This document shows positions 28,832-38,226 of a stretch of 64,000 nucleotides of DNA, piece after piece. The notes below the pieces were generated by a model, which was not told where the DNA came from, ran no database searches, and saw only the letters and a program-made list of their open reading frames with translations. Origin of the DNA: Thermoplasmatota archaeon (GTDB taxonomy: Archaea > Thermoplasmatota > Thermoplasmata > UBA10834); assembly GCA_040751795.1 (NCBI GenBank), contig JBFMHR010000001.1, positions 424,722-488,721 on the forward strand. Direction: 5' to 3'. The translations under genes and the position numbers were made by a program. The first letter of the stretch is position 1. The number at the start of each line of letters is the position of its first letter.

Positions 28832-30298
28832 ATGACGACGTTCTCGGATAGGTTCAGGGTGAGGAAGCCGGTAGGGATCTTGAGCAGGGAGGACAAGACC
28901 GCAATACACGAGGCAGCGCTCGAAGTGATGGAGACCGTCGGCATACGTATCCACAGCAAGTCCGCCAGGGACGCGCTCAGGAACGCCGGCGCGCTCGTCG
29001 ACGAGGCCACGGCCGTGGTCAAGTTCCCGAAACACGTCACCAACTCATTGATGGCATCGGTGCCGGAGAACATCGTCCTCGCGGGGAGGGAGAAGGAGTA
29101 CGACCTGCCCATGGACGGCAGGCACTGCTTCTACACCACCGACGGGTGCGGCATATCCGTGTGGGAGAACGAGACCCAGAGCAGGAGGCTCGCGGTCCTC
29201 CAGGACATAAGGGACAGCGCCAGGATGGCCGACTACCTCCAGTACTGCAGCATCTACGAGCCGACGGTCGTGCCCTCCGACGTGCCCGAGGACAGGCACG
29301 TCATAGTCGCGATGAAGGAGGCGTTCGACATCTCCAGGAAGCACATCCTCAGCGAGTCGACGTCCAACCCGGACGAGGCGCTCACGCAGGTCAGGATGGC
29401 GTCCGAGATCGTCGGCGGCATCGACGAGCTCAGGAAGAGGCACATAATGTCCGCGATGGTGTGCACCATGTCCCCGCTCACGCTCGACGGGAACGCCACC
29501 GAGGCGGGGATGGTCTGGGCCGACGCGCACGTGCCCGTGTGCATCACGGGCATGGCGATGGCCGGCGTGAGCTCCCCCGCGACCCTCGCGGGCAACATAG
29601 TCGTGAACCACGCGGAGACGATGTCCCTCGCGTGCGCCATCCAGGCCCGCTCGAAGGGGGCGCCGGCCATGTACGGCTCCGTCCTGTCCAACGTCGACCC
29701 GAGGACGGGGGCCATAATGCTGGCGTCACCCGAGGGCATCCTGCTCTGCATCATGGCCCACGAGATGGCGAAGCATGTGAAGATGCCGTCAGCCTGCGGC
29801 GGGCTCGGCTCGAACTCGAAGGTCCCGGGCATGGAGAGCTGCATAGAGAACAGCCTCGTGGCGCTGGGCAGCACGCTCTTCGCCCAGGAGGTCAACAACG
29901 GCCTCGGCCTGCTGGACTGCTCGACCGTCCTCTCGTACGAGCAGATGGTCATCGACAACGACATCGTGGGCAGGGCGCTCGTGTTCGGCAGGGAGATACC
30001 CGTCACCAAGGAGACGCTTCACCTGGACCTGATCAAGGAGGTCGGGATACTCGGCATGGGCAAGAAGAAGGGCAACTTCCTCGGCGAGAGGGCCACCATG
30101 CAGGAGGTCCGGCAGTTCTTCAGGTCCGACGTGCTCTCGAGCGAGCCCTTCGACCAGTGGGTGGCCAAGGGCAGGAAGAGCGAGGTCGCGGCCGCGAAGG
30201 AGAGGGCGGACTGGATCCTGAAGAACCACCAGCCGGAGATGCTCGACCGGGACATATCCGCGAGGCTGGCGGGGATAGTCAAGGGAGCCAGCGGGTAG
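28832..30298 (+). CDS. MttB-superfamily (trimethylamine methyltransferase-like) corrinoid methyltransferase, non-Pyl, copy 1
   Basis: LSREDKTAIHEAALEVMETVGI, SPLTLD, MAGVSSPATLAG, LSYEQMVIDND, GNFL; no internal TAG. Confidence 0.9.
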   Translation: MTTFSDRFRVRKPVGILSREDKTAIHEAALEVMETVGIRIHSKSARDALRNAGALVDEATAVVKFPKHVTNSLMASVPENIVLAGREKEYDLPMDGRHCFYTTDGCGISVWENETQSRRLAVLQDIRDSARMADYLQYCSIYEPTVVPSDVPEDRHVIVAMKEAFDISRKHILSESTSNPDEALTQVRMASEIVGGIDELRKRHIMSAMVCTMSPLTLDGNATEAGMVWADAHVPVCITGMAMAGVSSPATLAGNIVVNHAETMSLACAIQARSKGAPAMYGSVLSNVDPRTGAIMLASPEGILLCIMAHEMAKHVKMPSACGGLGSNSKVPGMESCIENSLVALGSTLFAQEVNNGLGLLDCSTVLSYEQMVIDNDIVGRALVFGREIPVTKETLHLDLIKEVGILGMGKKKGNFLGERATMQEVRQFFRSDVLSSEPFDQWVAKGRKSEVAAAKERADWILKNHQPEMLDRDISARLAGIVKGASG

Positions 30299-30340
30299 GC
30301 GGGGACACCCTCGCAGTCCCTGACCACCGGAGGTAAGGAC

Positions 30341-31780
30341 ATGGCAGTCGCAAGGCTGAGGTTCCTCGACAAGGACGAGGAGGAGCTCATACACCGCAAG
30401 AGCATCGAGTGCCTCGAGACCATAGGCGTGAAGGTCAAGAGCCCGCGCGTCCTCAAGATGCTGGCCGACGCGGGGGCCAGCGTCGACGCCAAGAGCCAGG
30501 TCGCTCTGATTCCGGAGGCGATGGTCCGCGAGGCCCTGAGGACCGTTCCGAAGGAGATGACGCTGCACGGCCGGGAGAAGAGGCACGACATGCGCATCCC
30601 GGTCAGCTCGTGGCCGTACTGCGGGACGACCGGGCTCGGGACTTACACCATCGACATCGAGACCGGCCAGAGGCGCGACTCCACGGTCAATGACATCGCC
30701 AACTGCGTGAAGGTCGCCGACGCGCTCGAAGGCGTCGATTACGTGCAGACCTCCCTGACCGCGACCGAGGTCTCGCCCCTAGCCCACGGGCTCCACGAGC
30801 TCTGGACCGCGTTCCAGAACACGACCAAGCACGTGCAGGGCGTCGAGATCTTCAACGCCGAGGACGCCCTGAAGCAGATCGAGCTGGGGGCGCTCATAGC
30901 CGGGAGCGCGGAGATGCTGAAGAAGGAGCCGCGCTTCACCGTGATCCACTGCTCCATAGCGCCGCTCATGTTCGAGCACGACGCCGTGGAGGCGATGGTC
31001 GAGTTCGCGAAGGCGGGGGTGCCCGTCACCACGATGTCCATGTCCCTCTCGGGGGGGACGGCCCCGGTGACGATGGCCGGCACGCTGGTGAACGCCAACT
31101 CCGAGAACCTCGCGAGCTACGTGATAGGACAGGCGGCGAGCAGGGGCGCGAGGACGATCTACTGCTCCTCCTCCACGCCGGTCAACATGATGACGGGGAT
31201 GATATTCTACGAGAGCGTCAACCAGCCGCTCATAGCGGCCGGGCTCGCCCAGATGGCCAACAGGTACGGCGTCCCGTGCATGGTGGGCGACTGGGGGGTG
31301 AACGACACCGAGGAGCCCGGGGTCCCCCACACTCTCAGCGAGACCATGGGGATCGCCCTGAGCACCATGACGGGGACGGACATGCAGGGGGGGATAGGCA
31401 CCCTGGACAACGCGAAGGGGGTCGCCCTCGAGCAGCAGGTCATCGACGCCTACATCTGGGAGAACGTGCGGAGGCAGATGACGCCCTTCGAGATAAGCGA
31501 CGCCACGGCCGCCCTGGACGTGATCAGGCAGGTCGGCCACGGCAACACGTTCCTGTCGAACGTGCACACCGCGAGGAACTTCAGGAAGGAGGTCGTCCTG
31601 CGTGACCCCGCCAAGGGGAGGTTCGAGGCCACGACCTCCAAGGCCATGGTGGCGGAGGCGAGGGAGATCGCCAGGAGGCTGCTGAGGGAGCACGAGGTCC
31701 CGTCGCTGGACAGGGGCGTCCTCGAGGAGGGCGCCAGGGTCATCAGGGAGCGCGAGAAGGCGGTCGCCTCGACGCGGTGA
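30341..31780 (+). CDS. MttB-superfamily corrinoid methyltransferase, non-Pyl, copy 2
   Basis: IHRKSIECLETIGV, NTTKHV, GGTAPVTMAGTLVNANSENLA, EQQVID, VGHGNTFL; GGAGGT SD. Confidence 0.9.
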   Translation: MAVARLRFLDKDEEELIHRKSIECLETIGVKVKSPRVLKMLADAGASVDAKSQVALIPEAMVREALRTVPKEMTLHGREKRHDMRIPVSSWPYCGTTGLGTYTIDIETGQRRDSTVNDIANCVKVADALEGVDYVQTSLTATEVSPLAHGLHELWTAFQNTTKHVQGVEIFNAEDALKQIELGALIAGSAEMLKKEPRFTVIHCSIAPLMFEHDAVEAMVEFAKAGVPVTTMSMSLSGGTAPVTMAGTLVNANSENLASYVIGQAASRGARTIYCSSSTPVNMMTGMIFYESVNQPLIAAGLAQMANRYGVPCMVGDWGVNDTEEPGVPHTLSETMGIALSTMTGTDMQGGIGTLDNAKGVALEQQVIDAYIWENVRRQMTPFEISDATAALDVIRQVGHGNTFLSNVHTARNFRKEVVLRDPAKGRFEATTSKAMVAEAREIARRLLREHEVPSLDRGVLEEGARVIREREKAVASTR

Positions 31781-31787
31781 GGGCGCG

Positions 31788-32807
31788 CTACTTCCTCGGC
31801 CGCGACTTCTTCCCCGGCAGGTACCCCTCCGGGACCTCCATCGCGAACCTGCAGACGTCGTCGCCCCAGAGTATGGACTTCAGGACCTCCGTCCTGACGG
31901 GCTTCCCGAAGGCGACCTCGTAGGGCATCTTCTCGTAGCCCGCGCTGCAGTAGCAGAGGTTGTGCGGGATGTCCTCGCCGGAGAGGATGGCCTCCCTCGC
32001 GAGGAGGCAGTGGCAGCCGTAGTACCTCTTCATCCTCGGGTCCTTCTCCTTGAGGTACTCTATCATCATGTAGGGGATCTTCGTCTGGTAGATCTTCTTC
32101 CCCCTGCGGACGCCTCCTGCGACCTCGGGGTTGGATTTCACGAAGTCGAGGGCGTCCCGGTCGATCATCTGGTTGTAGAACGGGGTGCCGCTCCTCATGT
32201 GGCCCTCGAGGAGCTTGACCGTCCTCTCCCTGCGCCTCCTCATGTACTCGTCGACGTCCTTGGACGCGAGGAGCATCTCCCGCTCCTCGGTGTAGTACTT
32301 GGGGGAACCGGCGTGGACGCCCACGAGCAGCACCTCGCGCGTCCCCTCCTCTCCGAGGCCCGACTCGAGCCTGGAGATGAAATCGCAGGTCGCCTTCGGC
32401 ATCTCCTTCGGGTCGGTCCCGATCGGCGGCGACCTGAACCCTCCCAGCACCTCGCCGTACCTCTTCTTGCCGTGCTTCTTCCTGACGACCTCGCAGAGGT
32501 CGTCCATGACCTTGGCGCCGTCCAGGGCGTTGAGGACGCCCATCTCCATGTCGGTGTTGCCCGTATATCTCGCGTAGCGCAGGAGGCCGAGGAACGAGTC
32601 GAAGTTCCCCTTGCCCTTGTCGGTGGCATCGACCATGAACGCCCTCGCGTCCCTGCCCTTGGCCTTCCCGAGCTTCCTGCCCTTCCTCTTGAGGTATGAC
32701 TCGAAGTCCTCCACGACCTTGACGTTGGCCCCTATCGTCTTCGCGTCCATGTTCTTCGGGACGCGCTCTCCCGCCTTCAGGAACGCCTTGAAACCAGCCT
32801 CGTCCAC
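31788..32807 (-). CDS. Cys-rich V4R-like (DUF6144-type) protein
   Basis: YYGCHC...LCYCSAGY...FGKPVRTEVLKSILWGDDVCRF. Confidence 0.7.
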   Translation of the reverse strand: MDEAGFKAFLKAGERVPKNMDAKTIGANVKVVEDFESYLKRKGRKLGKAKGRDARAFMVDATDKGKGNFDSFLGLLRYARYTGNTDMEMGVLNALDGAKVMDDLCEVVRKKHGKKRYGEVLGGFRSPPIGTDPKEMPKATCDFISRLESGLGEEGTREVLLVGVHAGSPKYYTEEREMLLASKDVDEYMRRRRERTVKLLEGHMRSGTPFYNQMIDRDALDFVKSNPEVAGGVRRGKKIYQTKIPYMMIEYLKEKDPRMKRYYGCHCLLAREAILSGEDIPHNLCYCSAGYEKMPYEVAFGKPVRTEVLKSILWGDDVCRFAMEVPEGYLPGKKSRPRK

Positions 32808-32924
32808 GGCATCACCTTCTCTCAAGGTGCATGGCCAATTGAGCCTATGTAAATGACTGAGGAACCGCCTTGAAGGCCCGCCAAGGCATTATATGCAGCC
32901 AGGAGGATTCGAGGCGAGGATGGG

Positions 32925-33626
32925 ATGAACATGGGCTGTCCTAACTGTGGAGCGCAGACCGTCGACGGAGCGGCATTCTGCAGCGTGTGCGGCGCTAGGG
33001 TGGGCGCCCCCGCGTCGGGGCCCCAGACGCCTATGCCGTCGGCGCCGGCCAACCCGATCTGGTACCAGAGCTTCTACCGCATCAGGAAGAAGGTCCTGGC
33101 CATCACGAACCAGTACTGGATCGAGGACGCGGGCGGCGGCGTGCTCGGCTACTCGAAGCAGAAGCTGATCAGGATCAAGGAGAGCATCAGGGTCTTCACG
33201 GACGACTCGATGTCGTCCGAGCTCTTCAGGATACAGCAGGAGCAGATAATGGACATGTGGGGGACCTTCGCCGTGGTCGACTCGGCGACCGAGGCGGTCG
33301 TGGGGAAGATCCGCAGGGAGGCGCTCTCGTCGGGGTTCTACAAGGACGCGTACGTGCTCCTCGACCAGTACGGGAACGCCGTCGGCAGGGTGGCGGAGCG
33401 CGCCGGCAGGGGCCTCGCGAGGAAGTACGTCCCCCTGGGCAACCTCGTCCCCGAGCAGCTGGTGGTCGAGTTCGGCGGGCGGGAGGTCGCCGAGGTCAAG
33501 CAGCAGTTCAAGGTCATCGGGGACATCTGGGAGGTCGACTGCTCCCGCCTGCCCGCCCGGTTCGACAGGCGGACGCTCATAGCGGCGATGCTGCTGATGG
33601 GAATGATCGAGCGGGACAGGAAGTGA
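32925..33626 (+). CDS. Zinc ribbon plus LURP-one/scramblase-like domain protein
   Basis: CPNCG...FCSVCG; YRIRKKVLAITNQYWIEDAGG...KQK; DRRTLIA. Confidence 0.8.
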   Translation: MNMGCPNCGAQTVDGAAFCSVCGARVGAPASGPQTPMPSAPANPIWYQSFYRIRKKVLAITNQYWIEDAGGGVLGYSKQKLIRIKESIRVFTDDSMSSELFRIQQEQIMDMWGTFAVVDSATEAVVGKIRREALSSGFYKDAYVLLDQYGNAVGRVAERAGRGLARKYVPLGNLVPEQLVVEFGGREVAEVKQQFKVIGDIWEVDCSRLPARFDRRTLIAAMLLMGMIERDRK

Positions 33627-33712
33627 CGGGGGGCGCCGCAGGGGCCCCTATATGAACCCGGGCGGGGCGGGGGAGCCAGCCGGCCCCACCAGGGCCGGGT
33701 TCCGCTCGATTG

Positions 33713-33722
33713 TTATATATAC
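33713..33722 (+). promoter_or_regulatory. TATA box upstream of the large surface-protein gene
   Basis: ttatatatac in an AT-rich patch. Confidence 0.5.
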
Positions 33723-33843
33723 ATCCGTAATATCTTCACCGCGTTAAGGATTCCACAGGGATGGTCTTCGCTACGCGCCAGGTCCCGGCGGACGTCACGA
33801 CAGGATGCCGTCGACGGCGCATTGCATACGAGGTGTCAGCACA

Positions 33844-36800
33844 GTGCCGGATGACGGGAACCCAGTTTGTCCATCTTGCGGGCGCGCCGTGCCCCCAGGG
33901 GGGGACAAATGCCAATTCTGCTCAGCGACCGAGAGCCCTCCACCGGCCGCGGCGCCCGCCGGCGAGGCCGCCGCCCGGCCTCTTCTGACCGCTGGCGTCG
34001 AGGTCCCCATGGCGGCGCTGCCTGCCGCGGTGATCGACGGAGGGGCTGCGCCCGAGGCGCCCCACGAGAAGGGCACGCCCCCGACGGCTGACACCGGGGC
34101 CGGAGGGCCCGCGCCCGAGGCGCAGACACCTCCCGGGACCCAGGCCTCGCAGCCCCCGACGCCCGGGCCATCCGAGGTGTCGCTCGCGGGCGAGGTGCTC
34201 ACCGCGCCCCGTCCGGACAGGGGCCTCACCAACGGGAGGGGGGCGGTGAACGGCATGGGCCTCGTCAACGGGACGGGGATAGTCAACGGCAGGGGGCTGG
34301 TCAACGGCCGCGGGAGGATAAACGGGAACGGCGCGGCCCGGGGCCCACCGCCCGGCAGACGCAGGAGGCCCATGGCCGGATGGCAGTTCCTGGCGGTGCT
34401 TGTCGCGCTCGTGGTCGTCCTGCCCGCCCTGGTCTACTTCTCATACTCGCGCGGTAGTGACGCCTTCACCATTGACGGCAAGTTCGGGGACTGGGATGGT
34501 TCCAAGACCTACAGCGTGACAGCGGAGGGGGCCTCGCCCCTGACCGCGATAGACGGCTGGTCCGTGGGGGCTGACGGAACGCACGTGTTCCTCTACGTGG
34601 AGGCCGCCGCGGACGTGATGGGGGCGGACACCGTCGAGGGGCTCTACCTGTTCATAGACTCCGACGGGGACGGGGCGACGGGCTACGATGCTGGTGCCGT
34701 CGGCGCCGAATTCCTCATGGAGATGAGCGGCTGGAACGGGTCGGTGCAGTCCTCGACCATGCGCACGTTCGACCCCGAGGGCGCCGATAGGCTGGACTGG
34801 GGATCCTGGTACGGCGTCGGCGGCACGACCTCCGCGCTCAGCGGCAACAGGCTGGAGGCGGGGTGCGACATAGGCGTCGCCGTCGGCGCGGAGGCCAGGT
34901 TCCTCCTCGTCTCTCAGGACGAGACGGGAGGGCGCGCCGCGAGCACCGGCGTCCCGCTGGAGGGCGGGGTCCTGCTGGTGACCCAGCGGCTCGCCGACTC
35001 GGCGCCGCTCTCGGGGGTCCTGCCCGCCTCGCCGGAGACCCCCCTGCTCACCCTGGAGTTCACCTGCGAGGGCGCCGGAGGGACTGTGGAGATGGTGGAG
35101 GTCGCGACGGACCTCGCCCACCAGGACGGGGGCTCGTTCGTGCCGTTCTCCATCCAGCCCGGCGAGTCGGTCGTGAGGACCGTCTCGTTCGACACCTCTT
35201 CGCTCTCCGCCGGACACCTCGCGTCGGCCCATGTGACCTGCGACGGCGTCCAGTCCAGCTTCGCCTGCGTGGTCGTCCAGGGCCACCCGGCCCGTGCCTA
35301 CGTCGGCTCGGCGCCGGAGAGCGTGCACATAGACGGCGCCTTCGGCGACTGGTACGGCCGCACCGCCTCGGACATCGACGACCTCCCCGTCGCCAACTCC
35401 GACATCGACGTCAGCGAGGTCGGAGTGCACAACACCACCAGCATGGCCTCCTTCTTCGTGAGGGTCGGGGGGGACATGTTCGGCGGGGCGAGCGTGCCCG
35501 TGATCGACGGGAAGCCCGTCCAGGGCGGGTCCGGGACGCCCCTGCCGGCCGAGAGGAAGACCGGGGAGGACATCACGCGCATATTCATAGACAGCGACAT
35601 GTCGGCCCTGACCGGCATGAGCATCTCGGCCGGCCCGAAGGTCATCGGGGCGGACTACAGGATCGACGTCCGGGGGATCCACGGGGAGGTGGCGTCCTCG
35701 TCGCTCCACCGTTACTCCGGCACGTCGTGGGCCGCGGAGGCCTGCGAGGTCGCCGCCAGGGTCGACGGGCACCGGCTCGAGGTGGGCGTCGCGACGGCCG
35801 CCATCGGGGGGGAGGCGCCCCTCGACTTCATGATCCAGACCACCGACTGGAGGCAGGCCTTGGACCTGGTCGCCCTCGACGCCGCGACGATGCTCGCCGT
35901 CACGGGCGGGATATCCATGGGCGCCGGGACGGAGACATGGGCCGTGGACACCTCGGCGACCGCCTCCTCGGCCACGGCCCTTTCCACCCAGAGGAAGCTG
36001 TTCCACGACGGCACCAACGTCTGGAGCGTCTTCTACGACGGCACGAACACGGTCTACAAGTACAGCACCGACGGCGGGCTGACGTGGACGGCGGCGGGGC
36101 AGCTGTTCAAGACCGCCGGGATACTCGACGTCTCCATCTGGTACGACCAGCCCTCCGAGACCGTCTACGCGATAGGCGACACCTCCGCCACGTCCCGCGC
36201 CGTGTACCTGCAGAAGGGGACCGTGTCCCCGGGCACCAGCAGCATATCGTGGCAGGCGAGCGACTCCTTCGTCACCGTGACAGGCTACAGCACCCCCTCG
36301 AAGAGCCCGTTCATATGCATGGACGCGACCGGGCGCCTGTGGTTCATGGCGGCCGCGAGGAGCGACTCGCCCCCGAGCTACAACCTCGCGGTGTACAGGA
36401 GCGCGTTCGCCGGCACCATATCCGCGTGGACCTTCTCGGGGACGATGATCCCCTCGGACATAACCGCCATGGGCGCCAAGGGCTCCATCCTGCCCACGGG
36501 CACGGGGGGCGACGTCTGGGCCGTGTACAACTACGAGGACACGGTCGCCGCCAGGAAGTGCTCCGGCGGGTCGTGGGGCGCCCAGGACACGCTGTACTCC
36601 ACGACCGGTTCGCTCAGCTTCATAGACACGGCCCCCGCGAGCGCCCTCGTCGACGGGGACGGGGTCCTCCACGTGGTGTACGGGGACGGCACGATAAGCG
36701 CGGGCTCGAACCAGAGGCCGCACATCCAGTACGCGTACCGCGGCTCCGGAGGCTGGTCGTCGCCCATCAGGCTGGACGACACCGACGACACCGTCGGGCA

Positions 36801-37143
36801 GAGGTACCCCACGATATCCCTCGACACCACCACGGGCGACGTCTACGCGCTCTGGGTCCAGAGGGATAACAACAACATCATCTGCAAGAAGAACGTGAGC
36901 GGGACCTGGTCATTCGTCACCATCGGCGGCCAGACGAGCTACGCCAAGCAGTACCTGACCTCGGTCTACTCGGCCGCGGGGGAGGGACTCCTCTGCTGGC
37001 AGTGGACGCAGAACTCGAGCTCCCCGTACCACGTGCTGTACGACAGCATCCCGGAGTTCTCGGACGTGTTCGTCCCCGTCCTGCTCCTCCTGGTGGTGTT
37101 CATCGCCGTCAACAGGAGACGGGCCGGGCGCGACGCGGGCTGA
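33844..37143 (+). CDS. Large cell-surface protein: N-terminal zinc ribbon, GxxNGx repeats, TM, duplicated IDGxFxDW domains, Asp-box propeller, PEF-CTERM
   Basis: GTG after GAGGTG SD; CPSCG...CQFC; TM WQFLAVLVALVVVLPALVYF; IDGKFGDW and IDGAFGDW; YSTDGGLTW; IPEFSDVFVPVLLLLVVFIAVNRRR. Confidence 0.85.
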   Translation: MPDDGNPVCPSCGRAVPPGGDKCQFCSATESPPPAAAPAGEAAARPLLTAGVEVPMAALPAAVIDGGAAPEAPHEKGTPPTADTGAGGPAPEAQTPPGTQASQPPTPGPSEVSLAGEVLTAPRPDRGLTNGRGAVNGMGLVNGTGIVNGRGLVNGRGRINGNGAARGPPPGRRRRPMAGWQFLAVLVALVVVLPALVYFSYSRGSDAFTIDGKFGDWDGSKTYSVTAEGASPLTAIDGWSVGADGTHVFLYVEAAADVMGADTVEGLYLFIDSDGDGATGYDAGAVGAEFLMEMSGWNGSVQSSTMRTFDPEGADRLDWGSWYGVGGTTSALSGNRLEAGCDIGVAVGAEARFLLVSQDETGGRAASTGVPLEGGVLLVTQRLADSAPLSGVLPASPETPLLTLEFTCEGAGGTVEMVEVATDLAHQDGGSFVPFSIQPGESVVRTVSFDTSSLSAGHLASAHVTCDGVQSSFACVVVQGHPARAYVGSAPESVHIDGAFGDWYGRTASDIDDLPVANSDIDVSEVGVHNTTSMASFFVRVGGDMFGGASVPVIDGKPVQGGSGTPLPAERKTGEDITRIFIDSDMSALTGMSISAGPKVIGADYRIDVRGIHGEVASSSLHRYSGTSWAAEACEVAARVDGHRLEVGVATAAIGGEAPLDFMIQTTDWRQALDLVALDAATMLAVTGGISMGAGTETWAVDTSATASSATALSTQRKLFHDGTNVWSVFYDGTNTVYKYSTDGGLTWTAAGQLFKTAGILDVSIWYDQPSETVYAIGDTSATSRAVYLQKGTVSPGTSSISWQASDSFVTVTGYSTPSKSPFICMDATGRLWFMAAARSDSPPSYNLAVYRSAFAGTISAWTFSGTMIPSDITAMGAKGSILPTGTGGDVWAVYNYEDTVAARKCSGGSWGAQDTLYSTTGSLSFIDTAPASALVDGDGVLHVVYGDGTISAGSNQRPHIQYAYRGSGGWSSPIRLDDTDDTVGQRYPTISLDTTTGDVYALWVQRDNNNIICKKNVSGTWSFVTIGGQTSYAKQYLTSVYSAAGEGLLCWQWTQNSSSPYHVLYDSIPEFSDVFVPVLLLLVVFIAVNRRRAGRDAG
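34222..34332 (+). repeat. Coding hexapeptide repeat G-x-[VTI]-N-G-x, 6 copies
   Basis: GLTNGR GAVNGM GLVNGT GIVNGR GLVNGR GRINGN. Confidence 0.9.
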
Positions 37144-37210
37144 GGGGCGGCACGGGACCGCCCCATGCAAAGTGCTTTGAGGGCGCGAGGCGTCATGGGG
37201 GGAGGCAACC

Positions 37211-38173
37211 ATGTCACCCCGGTTCGCCCTCGCGGCCATGGTGGCGACGGCGGTCGCCCTGGCGGCCCCCTGCCCCTCCTCCGCCTGGGGCAACGGGGGC
37301 TACTCCGCCGACTACGATGACCCGGACTACGGCACCCACGACTGGATAGCCGACCGGGCGCTCGCGCTCCAGGCGGAGGACGTCGCCTTCCTCGCCTCCA
37401 CGTACCACTCCGAGTACCTCCTCGGGACGGAGGCGCCGGACAACCCCGAGCTCATAGGCGACTCGGCCAACCATCACGTCTACTACTATTCGTCCGGGGC
37501 ACTGCAGGACGACGCGGGCGCAGTCCGCGCGCAGGCCCTCTACGACCTGGCCCTGGCCAGCCTCGAGGGCGATGATCTCTCCGCGGCGGCGTACCAGATC
37601 GGGGTGATGACCCACTACATAGCCGACATGGGGGTGTTCGGCCACACGATGGGCGCCGACACCGACTGGGGGGCGGAGACGCACCACTCCGACTACGAGG
37701 AGGCCGTCGGGGAGATGCTCGGGGAGGTGTCCCTCCCGTCCGGGACGGCGCTCGGCAACATGAGCGCGCGCGATGCGACGCTCGACCTCGCGCGGAACAC
37801 GACCTTCGGGGGCGGCGACGTGAAGGCGAACCTGTGGATGGACGCCAACTACGACTGGTCCGACCCCGTGTTCGAGGCGAGCGCGGTGGCCTCGCTCCAC
37901 GGCGCCGTGTCGGCGGTGGCAGCCGCCCTGAACAACCTCCTCGTCGCCGCGGCCTACGAGCCGCCTCCCGAACCTGAGCCGGAACCCGAACCGGAGCCCG
38001 AGCCCGACGAGCATCAGCCGGAGCCGGACGAGCCCGTCCCCCCCGGCGAGGAAACCGGGACGGACGACGGGCCCGGCCTTCTCCTGCCGGCGGCGGTGTC
38101 CGCCGCCATCGTCGCCCTCGTCTCCGCGATCATATTGGCCCTCAGGCGCGGCCCGGGCAGGAAGGGCCGTTAG
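37211..38173 (+). CDS. Membrane-anchored zinc-dependent phospholipase C/S1-P1-like protein
   Basis: Mature N-terminal Trp (SA|WGNGG), THDWIA, HYIAD, GHT, HSDYE; (PE)n linker; C-terminal TM plus basic tail. Confidence 0.82.
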   Translation: MSPRFALAAMVATAVALAAPCPSSAWGNGGYSADYDDPDYGTHDWIADRALALQAEDVAFLASTYHSEYLLGTEAPDNPELIGDSANHHVYYYSSGALQDDAGAVRAQALYDLALASLEGDDLSAAAYQIGVMTHYIADMGVFGHTMGADTDWGAETHHSDYEEAVGEMLGEVSLPSGTALGNMSARDATLDLARNTTFGGGDVKANLWMDANYDWSDPVFEASAVASLHGAVSAVAAALNNLLVAAAYEPPPEPEPEPEPEPEPDEHQPEPDEPVPPGEETGTDDGPGLLLPAAVSAAIVALVSAIILALRRGPGRKGR

Positions 38174-38226
38174 GCCTCCGCTTCGGCGAATAAGATATAT
38201 GCCGGGGCCAAGGCTGTGCCTCACGT

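Noticed and set aside
28832-31780. Pyrrolysine-containing trimethylamine methyltransferase or methanogenesis
   Set aside because: No internal amber codon in either gene; no pyl or mcr genes in the window.
37958-38040. Short tandem repeats as a possible CRISPR array or VNTR (also 34222-34332 and 59270-59383)
   Set aside because: All are in-frame coding repeats without unique spacers; no cas genes.
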